Part shown: positions 1-9,588 of the stretch, one piece after another
Numbering within the stretch: position 1 is the first letter of the stretch
How the letters are laid out: the number at the start of each line of letters is the position of its first letter
Assembly: GCA_043228905.1 (NCBI GenBank)
Contig: JBHGNT010000006.1
Location: forward strand, 20,894,001-20,958,000
Reading direction: 5' to 3'
Source: Azolla caroliniana
Lineage: Eukaryota > Plantae > Polypodiophyta
DNA: 64,000 bases
Notes under the pieces: generated by a model
The model's database searches: none
Told to the model about the DNA's origin: nothing
Seen by the model: only the letters and a program-made list of their open reading frames with translations
Made by a program: the position numbers and the translations under genes

Positions 1-1459
1 ATTAAAAACTTGCTTGAGAATCATATTCGCAAGGATGCCCATGGTGAGGCCAAATGTGATCGTGATTGATAAATGTCGGACATCATATAATGCCATAACT
101 AATGTGGTTGCAACAGACCATCAATCTTGGATTGTTGTAAATGGGCAACATTCGTAAACACATTGTTGACTTTTGCTGTGTTAGTTTCACGCCAAAAAAT
201 CATGGGTGGACAACTTGTTGCCAAAAGTAAGTTTAACTTAGAGAAGCCATCTTTATCAGCAAATGTGCCAACTGATGCAATGCATTACTGAATCCGCATT
301 CAATGTGATATGTGAGGAGTTAAAGGTAGAATATGCAGATAAGACCGGTGTTTGGCAATATATAGAGGGAGGATGGTTTGGTTTGACATATGTGTGGAGG
401 AAACTCTGGCCCAAGTTTGGTAGAATGTTCAATTAAGGACATGTTGACATTACCAATATTGTGGAAAGACATTGGTAGTTTATCAAGTATATTGCTTTGA
501 GAGGAAGAATAAACAGATCAATTACCGGCCTTGTGCATGTCTTAATCGGGGACAGTGAAACTGGAACTTGCATCAGAGGAACGGTCGTAGAGTGGTACAA
601 GCAACAACAAGAAATATGTGAGGGTGGTCGATTTGCACCCCATACAAATTGTAGGGATCAAAGGTCCAAACTTAAAGAGGCCGAGAGAATATTGGAAAGG
701 TATGTCGACGATACTTCCACAATGCATATTGTGGATGCGGCCCAATATTGGTTTAGAATCTTGAGCATGATGACTCCCACTCTATGGTATAATGTCTCAC
801 TCCAATGCTCATATTGTGATTGTCAAGACCTTGCAAGTAAATGTAAGCATTTACTTGGTACCGAATGATTATTAAGAGGCACATGCCACATTTATGTGGC
901 TTGTTGCCTTTTATACATCACGCCACCCAAATACAAATGGACCACAATACAAAAATAGAAGTGGAGACAAAGGTAGAACGAGTCGGGGAGACAAACCCCA
1001 CAACATTAGAGATGGAATCATTGAAGTCCAAAATACAAACGTCTGAGGAAGCACTTCAATGGCTCAAGCAAGGGTTAGGAGCCTTCGACCGTGCAACTAT
1101 TTTGGAATGTATACAACATTGGAAGATATGACTGAGAAGGTGTATCACATTGGTGCACCAAAATCACACAGTGAAGAAGATGGCAAATCAATAAGTCGCA
1201 ACCAACAAATAGGTGGCAAAAGAAGTGCAACAATAGACATCTCGCAAGAACTTATTGGCAGCTCCCCAACACTTCCAATTCCCACACCAGAAAACTAGAA
1301 AGAGGTGCAAGTCGGGCTAGGAGGCGATTGCCAATATATGACCATGAGAAGGTTCGGTGTTTGCGTTGCGATGGCTTGACCTTGACTTTAAGGGACTCGA
1401 TTGTTACATGTTGTAAAAATTGTGGTTGCATTTTGCCATCATCCCGACGTGAACCATAA
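1..1459 (+). pseudogene. MULE transposase pseudogene, C-terminal half
   Basis: Reads as IVIDK, LLC*FH, TNIVERHW*FIKY and SWIM-like CSYCDC..CKH, with several in-frame stops and frameshifts. Paralogous to 5855-8779. Confidence 0.9.
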
Positions 1460-1749
1460 TCTTAATATGTAACATGTATTCATATTTCATTTTAGGGTTT
1501 TTGGCTTGGATTATTCCCATTGTCGACATTTGACGTTTTAATCTTTTATGTAAGACTTGCTATTTGAAACTTTAGGTTGATTTGTTATTTAGAGCTTGGA
1601 GATATAAGTTTGTGTGATTTTTAAGTTTTAAGTTTTAGGTTTTCAGCAATTGGAAGTTTAGGTTTTTTTTGAGTAATTTTATGCATCATTTTCATGGCAA
1701 ATATTTGTTATACACTGAACAGTTTTTTGGAGTTTTTGATGTTGTTTCT

Positions 1750-1960
1750 AAGTCGGGCTCCTAGTGACAAAGGCAATCAGACAACAAGGCTCCTTTTGAC
1801 AGAGTCGGGCTCCTGGTGACAGAGGCTCTCAAACAACGGGGGGGCTCCTTTTGACAAAGTTGGGCTCCTAGTCACAGAGACTGTTAGACAACGGGGTTCC
1901 TTGTGATAGAGTCAAGTTCCTAGTGACAGAGGCTGTTAGAGAGTCGGGCTCTTGGTGATA
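1750..1960 (+). repeat. Subterminal direct repeats of MULE copy 1 (GGCTCCTnGTGACAGAG-like motif)
   Basis: About 8 imperfect copies of GGGCTCCT(A/G/T)GTGACA just inside the right TIR. Confidence 0.8.
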
Positions 1961-2092
1961 AACGTTGTCAGCTTTTTTTCCACATCGGACAGTGGAGATT
2001 GCACGCACCATCAGTTGTGCGACCTGCACCGTCCGCACCCGCGATTCCCTCACTTGCCCTCTTTAATTTTTTGGTAGTAGTTAGACACGAGC

Positions 2093-2325
2093 ATGTATGA
2101 TACATACACACAATACATACACACAATACATACATACATACAATACATACATGCATACATACATACATACAATACATACATACAATACATACATACATAC
2201 ATACATACATACATACATACATACAATACATACATACATACATACAATACATACATACATACATACATACATACATACATACATACATACATACAATACA
2301 TACATACATACATACATACACACAT
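2093..2325. repeat. (TACA)n microsatellite between the two MULEs
   Basis: Read directly; interrupted by 8 CAA phase shifts. Confidence 0.98.
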
Positions 2326-2485
2326 CGACGTGTCTATTATGACACAAATCATAAAGAGGCCTGGTGAGGGAATCGCGGCCACAGACGGTGCAGGTCGCTC
2401 AGAGAAGGCGCGTGTGATCTGCACCGTCCGATTTGGATGAGGAAGAAGGCGCCAAAAAAAAAGCTGCGCAGGCGGTCGCCCAACC
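2326..2485 (+). repeat. Left TIR of MULE copy 2
   Basis: CAAATCATAAAGAGGCCTGGTGAGGGAATCGCGGCCACAGACGGTGCAGGTCGC... is near-identical to the reverse complement of 9295-9433; the outer ~20 bp match only imperfectly. Confidence 0.9.
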
Positions 2486-2527
2486 CTGTCAGAGGTCTCC
2501 CAACTGTTTTTTTTTTTAATTTTTGGT

Positions 2528-2858
2528 TGATTTGGTCACCCAACCAACTCAAAAAAAAAAGCAGGTCACCCAACTGTTTATTTTTAAATAGGTTGGGTGA
2601 CCTGTTTAACCAGGTTGGGAGACTCCTTTAGAGTTTATATTGAGTTGGTCACCCAACCAACTCAATAAAAGAAGCAGGTCACCCAACTGTTGATTTTTAA
2701 AACAGTTGGGCGACCTGTTTATCCAGGTTGGGAGACTCCTTTAGAGTTTATATTGAGTTGGTCACCCAACCAACTCAATAAAAGAAGCAGGTCACCCAAC
2801 TGTTGATTTTTAAAACAGTTGGGAGACCTGTTTATCCAGGTTGGGAGACTCCTTTAGG
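2528..2858. repeat. 3 x 113-bp subterminal tandem repeat with an internal GGTCACCCAAC/GTTGGGnGACC inverted pair
   Basis: GGTCACCCAACCAACTC recurs at 2534, 2647 and 2760. Confidence 0.9.
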
Positions 2859-2863
2859 GATGT

Positions 2864-2872
2864 CTATAAAAG
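2864..2872 (+). promoter_or_regulatory. Candidate TATA box for the MULE accessory gene(s)
   Basis: CTATAAAA lies just after the subterminal array. It is followed by a CT-rich stretch, a donor CAG|GTATG at ~3027 and an acceptor AG directly before ATG 3751. Confidence 0.4.
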
Positions 2873-3095
2873 CCCTAAACCTGTCATAATCTGTCATTTT
2901 TTCAAACGAGATTGACAGGTTGGGTTTGCCGGGAAAGAGGTGGGAGCTCCTCCATCACAAATCGTCTGTGGCTGCACAAATCGATCTCCTCCATCACAAA
3001 TCGATCTCCTCCATCACTATTCCCAGGTATGCTCCTTGTTATTATATCTTCCACAATGTTATATTCATCACTTCTTAATAATAATGAAAACAAGC

Positions 3096-3446
3096 AAGAT
3101 TGTATGGACCATATTGATGCATAGACATGTTTAAGCTTTAGGGTTTAGAGTCACTATAGACAAGAAGATTGTATGGACCATATTGATGCATAGACATGTT
3201 TAAGCTTTAGGGTTTAGAGTCACTATAGACAAGAAGATTGTATGGAAAATGTTGATGCATAGACATGTTTAAGCTTTAGGGTTTAGAGTCACTATAGACA
3301 AGAAGATTGTATGGACCATATTGATGCATAGACATGTTTAAGCTTTAGGGTTTAGAGTCACTATAGACAAGAAGATTGTATGGAAAATGTTGATGCATAG
3401 ACATGTTTAAGCTTTAGGGTTTAGAGTCACTATAGACAAGAAGATA
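3096..3446. repeat. ~5 x 69-bp tandem repeat, each unit containing TTTAGGGTTTAG
   Basis: ATAGACATGT recurs at 3121, 3190, 3259, 3328 and 3397. Confidence 0.95.
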
Positions 3447-3750
3447 AGCGAACCATAAGTGAAGTATAATAGGATCTAATAGGCAAGGCTTTGTTGATTT
3501 CCAGCCACTCTAATCCCAGCCAGTATCTTGAAGGCATAATCTAGAAGAGGATGTAACCACTCTTATCCACACTATAGGTGAGGCCTATCAAACTTATTAT
3601 GATCTTGCGTTCACTAGATTTGCTTGCTTAAACTTGATTTAATCATCTATATTTTGATTGTTGGTTTTAATGATTTGCTTGCTTAAACTTGATATTTTGT
3701 GTGTTTGAGTACTAAAATCAAAAAATGTTTGATTACTTGAATGGTGGTAG

Positions 3751-4573
3751 ATGACTTCCAACTCCAAGTACAAAGATTGGTGGGATTTCGATAACAGTGA
3801 TATATATCCAACTCAAGAGAGGTATGTCACGAACCAATCTCCCCCAAGAATGGTTTAGGGTTTGATGCATGTATGTTGACTCGTGATTTGTTAAAGGGTC
3901 TTCGTTAGAAGACATTGGCGAAGTCGAGGAGCCGACATGTGTACGAGTGGGGACAAAATGGACCAAGATGCTCCTCCAAATGGTATGTGGATTTGGTGTC
4001 GTTGCAATATCTCAATCTTTATGCCAATCTTTATGTCAATCTTAAATATGTAACACAGGTGCAGAAGGAACAGTTGCTCCTCGTCCCGACTTGTTGTATA
4101 AGGTTGGAAGAGATGCAAATGGGAACAAGGCTCGTGCATGTATCTACACTGAGTTTTGCCGCCTCTCGCCAAGGTGGTATCGGAAAAAAAGTGACATGGA
4201 GTCACATTTACGCAGAGAACATGCAATAGACGTAGTCCTACCACGAGGGATGCGTATAGAGGAGGAGGAGGGTATTCCGGGGGCATGCTTTAACAGTTAT
4301 GAGCGTCAAAGATCACTCAAAAGATTCATCAACACGGAAATCAAGTACTACAGAAATCGACAAAAATATATCCGAAAGTTGAAGGTTAGGGCTGTTTCGA
4401 AATACAACTCTATTCCTGCTGAACTCCGTCTTGACACACAGGCAAAGTTCGTGGCACGATTTATGGACAAAGAGATGACTATATACGACTCCAATAAGGA
4501 TGAGCGTTTGGAGATGTTGACGAAGAAGATAGCAGCTACACCAGTAGGCAATGAAGGAGCAAGACATCCTTAA
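3751..4573 (+). CDS. MULE accessory protein with an atypical C2H2 zinc-finger-like motif; exons 3751-3821, 3897-3982, 4059-4573
   Basis: Two GT-AG introns (75 and 76 bp) splice in frame into ORF 4091-4573; motif C-IYTEF-C-x15-H-LRRE-H. Confidence 0.65.
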
Positions 4574-5098
4574 GAAAGTTGCGCAATGTGAGATTACGTT
4601 CATTCCGATCGTGCTTGATGGGCATTGGAACTTGTGGTTCACCATGCGACAACAAGCTTCTAAGCTAACTAGCAAAGTAGTCTTCTGCGATCCATTGAAC
4701 AGACCAGCAACAGACAACATGCGGAGAATGGCAGAGTTGGCGATTCGGACAATTTCATCTGAACCGTCAGACCACACCATTGTGCCCAATGGTCGACATC
4801 AGGTACTGCACATCCCAACACAGCCAAATTGTTGGGATTGTGGCTTTTATGTGATGAAGACTATCCAAATGTTGGTGAGGGAGTTCTTACAAGGATGGAT
4901 ATCTTCGACTTTTGTAAGTGTAATTGCAAATCCTTGTTCATGTGGATTGTGTATAGATGTGTTCTTATACATATTTGGTTACAGGGCACAGAGATGTGGT
5001 TCACCAAACGCGAAGTGGATTCACTTCGGATTCATGTGGACGAGTGGGCACGATCGGTATTAGGATTTGCACCTGCGACCGGTGGCTCCATATTGTAA
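4551..5098 (+). CDS. Ulp1-like (peptidase C48) SUMO/ubiquitin-like protease domain; exons 4551-4913 and 4985-5098
   Basis: Motifs FIPIVLDGHW, VVFCDPL and PTQPNCWDCGFYV supply His/Asp/Gln/Cys. A 71-bp GTAAGT..ACAG intron joins to WFTKREVDSLR, a typical C48 C-terminal helix. Confidence 0.85.
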
Positions 5099-5579
5099 AT
5101 TTTGGGAATGTTGTTTTCAGCACAGATTTGGCTATAGAGCTGATGTTGTAACTATATTTTGGAATCCCCAAAAATTTTGTATAGTGAGAATCGACTCATT
5201 GTATATCGCGATTACTTATTAATGGAAATATTGTTTACAACAATTATTTATCTCAATCTGAATGTATTTATCTCAATCTGAATATTGTGGATGATCTGAA
5301 TGTATGGTTTTAAAATTAATTATCTTTTGTTTTGGTCACCCAACCACGTTGCCCAAACCTTTTAAAATTAATTATCTTTTGTTTTGGTCACCCAACCAGG
5401 TCGCCCAACCTGTTATGTAAACGGCCAGAAAAACGATCATCTTAACATGTAAATTAATCACATTCTCTGTCACTTTAAACCATTCTCTGTCATTTTAATC
5501 ATAGCTCATTGCATCTCCAATATCTGTCTTATAATCACATTCTGCGTCTTAATCACATTCTTATTTTGCACAATCTCTA

Positions 5580-5850
5580 AAAGCTAATCAGGATTAGTTA
5601 TATTCTTAATCAGTTATAATCAGATTAGTTAGATTCTTAATAAGATTAGTTAGATTCTTAATCAGATTAGGGGGATTCTTAATCAGATTAGTTAGATTCT
5701 TAATCAGTTATAATCAGATTTTGTAGATTCTTAATAAGATTAGTTAGATACTTAATCATATTAGGGGGATTCTTAATCAGTTATAATCAGATTAGTTAGA
5801 TTCTTATAACCAGATTAGTTAGATTCTTAATCAGATTAGTTAGATTCATT
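5580..5850. repeat. Imperfect ~21-bp tandem repeat (TTAATCAGATTAGTTAGATTC) upstream of the transposase ATG
   Basis: Read directly. Confidence 0.9.
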
Positions 5851-5854
5851 CGAG

Positions 5855-8779
5855 ATGAATCCCAACGAAATAGATTTAATCACGTCCTTGTATGATTCTG
5901 AGGATGGTTATGCATCACCATACTCCGCAACCATCGACGATGACTTGGATTCGTCTACATCCGAAGACTATGAGTCGGCTTCATCCGAAGAAGAGGCGGA
6001 GGAGGTTGATCCCTTCATGTATTGTTCGGCGAGGTATATTGCGTTCACTAGAGGTATGTACGATTTAATGCTTAAAGATTTATTAGGTCAAGTTAAGGTA
6101 ACATTTGAAATATTAAGCACACTCGCAAGGGGGGCACCTCTTAATTTACATGCATGGAGGCGCATGAAGAGTCGTCTCACGCTTATGAATGAGAATGCAA
6201 TACACCTTAAGGCATCGCCTCATCTTCAGATTACGCACGTAGAGAAATGGAGGGAGATAGTATTGGCGTCACATTGTGGCGCATCGCACCGTTCTTTGAC
6301 AGGTACTCTGACAGAATTAAAGAGAAATTGGTCCAATGACCTTCGTGACTATGGGATCCCTAGTGCGTATGTGAAAGCAGTGATTGACCAATGCGGTTGT
6401 CAAGTTGTGTCGAGGTTAACTCCATCTGACATGGAGGGGACAAGTGTCGTGAAATATAAAAAGTCTAGACCCATAGAAGTGATCAAGATAGAGGCACATA
6501 GGGTTGATGATACGTTGATAGATGTTCAATTGAGGTATCACACACGCTTTCGTACAGGGGTCACAAGGGGTGCACATGTGACTAGGTATAATTGTCACCG
6601 ATCCGGTGTGGCCAACAAGCAATATCCATGCACTCGACGTAGAAAGCATTCATCTCGATGTGGGTGTACTTTTCATGTGAACGCTCGAATGAATGGCGGG
6701 GTTGACCATGGGACAGTGACCCTTTCAATATATGGACCTCATACGGGTCATGTACCGGGAAGTAGACCAGATGCATACTATTTGCCAGTGGCCCCAAATG
6801 TTATAAGTTGTTGTAGAGATGACCTTTTTGATGTTGGTTGCGCACGACACGTGGCACGGATGAGCATGCGTAAGGAAGCATATCATAAGTCCAAGGCTAG
6901 TCCATTAGACCTTGTGAGTTATAGGTTCTTTATGATACCAAAGGAGGTCAATAACATGGCCAACAAGTTAAAAATCGGGAGTGCCATGTCAGGGGTTGAT
7001 TGGTCTTTGATGATGCAAGATGCCTATGCCCTCCGAGATCTTGGGAAGGTGGCTCATGTCCAACCCTACTTGCCTGGTGAATATGGATCTCCCGCAAGGC
7101 AACCGTTCATCTTGGTGCTCCAAGATGAATGGATGTTAGAGATGTGTGAGCGACTGTCGATAAACAACTCTTGGGCAATCGACTCCACGTTTAAAACAAA
7201 CCAATTTGGCTTGCCATTATATGCAGCTGTGGCTCCAAATGCCATGGGAGTTGGTATCCCATTATGGTACATGATATGTAGTTCTGATAAGGGGTCTAAC
7301 CATGAGCAAGTAGCTTTAGAAACTTGCTTGAGAGTCATATTTGCACGGATGCCCAATGTGAGGCCAAATGCCATAGTCATCGATAAAAGTTGGACATCGT
7401 ATAATGCCATAAGTAATGTGGTTGCAACAGACCGATTATCTTGGATAGTTACAAATGGGCAAAGGTCGCAAACACATTGTCGACTTTTGTTGTGTCACTT
7501 CCATGCAAAAAAAGCATGGTTGGACAACTTGTTGCCAAAGGTAAGTGCAAGTGAGAGAAACCACCTTTATAATCGGATGTGCCAACTCATGCAATGCATT
7601 ACGGAATCCACATTCAATGCCCAATGTGAGGACTTAAAGGTAGAATATGCAAACAAGCCAGGTGTTTGGCAATATATAGAAGGAGGATGGTGTGGCTTGA
7701 CATGTGTGTGGAGGAAACTGTGGCCCAAATTTGGTAGAATGTTCAACTACGGACATGTTGACACTACCAATCTTGTGGAGAGACATTGGTAGTTTATCAA
7801 ATATACTGCCTTAAGAGGGAGGATAAACCGATCAATTACCGATCTTGTGCATGTTTTAATCGGGGATAGTCAAACTGGCACTTGCATCGGGGGTACTGTT
7901 ATTGAATGGTACAAGCAACGACAAGAAATATGTGAGAGTGGTAGATTTGCACCACGTGCAAATTGTAGGGATCAAACAACTAGACTTAAAGAGGCCGAAA
8001 GGCTACTAGAGAGGTATGAAACTAATAATGCGACAATGCATATTGTGGACGAGCCTCGATATTGGTTTAAAATATTGAGCTTGACAAAACCGGATGTATG
8101 GTATAATGTATCGCTCCAATGTTCATATTGTGATTGCCACGACCCTGCGAGTAAATGTAAGCATATACTTGGCATCAGGATGATTATTGAGAGGCACATG
8201 CCACATCTATGTGGGTCATTGCCTTTTATAGATCATGCAACCTATATGCGCAATGACCATTTCACAGAGACGGAAATGGAGACAGAGGTAGAACCAGTCG
8301 AGGAGACAAACCCTATAACATCACGAGTGGAGGAATGTTTGTCGAAATTACAAACGCTTGAGGGGGCTATTCAATGTTTTAAGCAAGGGTTACAATCCCT
8401 CGACTGTGCAGCAATTTTGGCATGTATGGAGTCCATTCAAGAAACAAGTGAGACATTGGTGTATCACACAGGTGCACCGAAACCAACTAACGAAGAAGAC
8501 TGTGGATCCATAGGGCGTAAGCAAGCAATTGGTGCAAAAAGGGGAGCATCAATCAACATTTCACAAGATCTTATTGGCAGCTCCCCAAACACTTCCAAGG
8601 CACACACAGGAAAAATGCAAAGAGGCGCAAGTCGAGCTAGGAGGCGGTTGCCAATATGTGCGACAGATAAAATGCGATGCTTGCATTGCGATGCCTTGAC
8701 CTTTAGATCAAGGGACTCAAATGTTGATTGTTGCAAGAATTGTGGTCGCATCTTGCCATCATCTCCGGATGAGCCATAA
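5855..8779 (+). CDS. MULE transposase, 974 codons in one frame with a single in-frame TAG at 7790-7792
   Basis: FAR1/WRKY-GCM1-like DBD (YNCHRSG..SRCGCTF..HTGH); DDE core IDSTFKTN / IVIDKS / LLCHFH / TTNLVE; SWIM finger CDC..CKH; C-terminal CxxC..CxxC. ORFs 5855-7792 and 7847-8779 share a frame. Confidence 0.9.
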
Positions 8780-8788
8780 ATGTTTGGT

Positions 8789-9060
8789 AACTTTCAACTT
8801 TTATGTTTTGCCAGGATTATTTGTTTTAACAGAAGTATGGTAAAGATCGTCGGTTTTAAGTAATTTAAGGTTGAATTTTGTGACTATTTGATATGTTATT
8901 GTAAGTTTACATTCTTCGTTTTATGTTTTAAATGTTTTTTAACTTTCAACTTTTATGTTTTAATATGATTATTTGTTTTAACATAAGTATGGTAAAGATC
9001 GTCGGTTTTAAGTATTTTAAGGTTGAATTTTGTGACTATTTGATATGTTATTGTAAGTTT
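8789..9060. repeat. Tandem duplication (~120-150 bp) in the transposase 3' region
   Basis: AACTTTCAACTTTTATG...GTTATTGTAAGTTT at ~8789-8908 and ~8941-9060. Confidence 0.85.
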
Positions 9061-9109
9061 TAAGGGTAATTAACAAGCTTATTTGAAGATTTTGGTTGGA
9101 ATGATACAT

Positions 9110-9452
9110 TTGGTTGGGCGACCTGCAACGGTTGGGAGACCAATCGGTTGGGCAACCTGTAACTGTCAGGGTTGGGTGACCTAAAACGGTTGGGCAACTT
9201 GCAACAGTCATAGTTGGGTGACCAATTTCGGTTGGGCGACCAACGACTCAGAGTTGGGTGACCTCTGACAGGGTTGGGTGACCATCGACTCAGAGTTGGG
9301 CGACCTCTGACAACTTTTTTTTTCGCGCGCTCTTCCTTATCGAAATCTGACGGTGCAGATCGCACGCACCTTCCTCTAGGCGACCTGCACCGTCTGTGGC
9401 CGCGATTCCCTCACCAGCCCTCTTTATGATTTGGTGCAGGATAGCAACGAGC
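9110..9452 (-). repeat. Right subterminal GTTGGGnGACC direct-repeat array plus right TIR of MULE copy 2
   Basis: About 10 copies of GTTGGG(T/C/A)(G/A)ACC, followed by the TIR. Confidence 0.9.
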
Positions 9453-9588
9453 TACACACATAAATACATACATACATACATACATACATACATACATACA
9501 TGATATATGTACATGCATACATGATATACATACATACATACATGATATATGTACATGCATACATGATATACATACATATAAACACATG
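9453..9588. repeat. (TACA)n microsatellite flanking the MULE right end
   Basis: Read directly; includes a duplicated higher-order unit. Confidence 0.95.

Larger units (their letters stand above)
1..2092 (+). mobile_element. 3' part of a degenerate MULE (copy 1); continues upstream of the window
   Basis: Transposase remnant colinear with ~7315-8779. Right TIR (about 1975-2092, ...GCGACCTGCACCGTC...GCGATTCCCTCAC...ACGAGC) matches the right end of copy 2 and is followed by (TACA)n. Confidence 0.9.
2326..9452 (+). mobile_element. Full-length Mutator-like element (copy 2, 7127 bp) carrying Ulp1 protease, zinc-finger-like and transposase genes
   Basis: 9-bp TSD TACACACAT at 2317-2325 and 9453-9461; inverted repeats at about 2326-2485 and 9295-9452; MULE DDE transposase inside. 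Confidence 0.92.

Noticed and set aside
2101-2325. CAA interruptions in (TACA)n as excision footprints of 9-bp TSDs (9 = 2x4+1 shifts phase by one)
   Set aside because: The observed TSD phase (TACACACAT) would leave CATTAC, not CAATAC. Slippage-duplication of an interrupted unit explains them more simply. Revisit if other copies show ATACATACA TSDs.
1968-2440. ORFs reading MYVCMYVC / IHTYIHTY (also 9424-9721)
   Set aside because: Artefacts of translating the stop-free (TACA)n microsatellite.
2528-3446. Regular repeats resembling a CRISPR array
   Set aside because: No unique spacers, no cas genes and a eukaryotic context; these are plain tandem repeats within a transposon.
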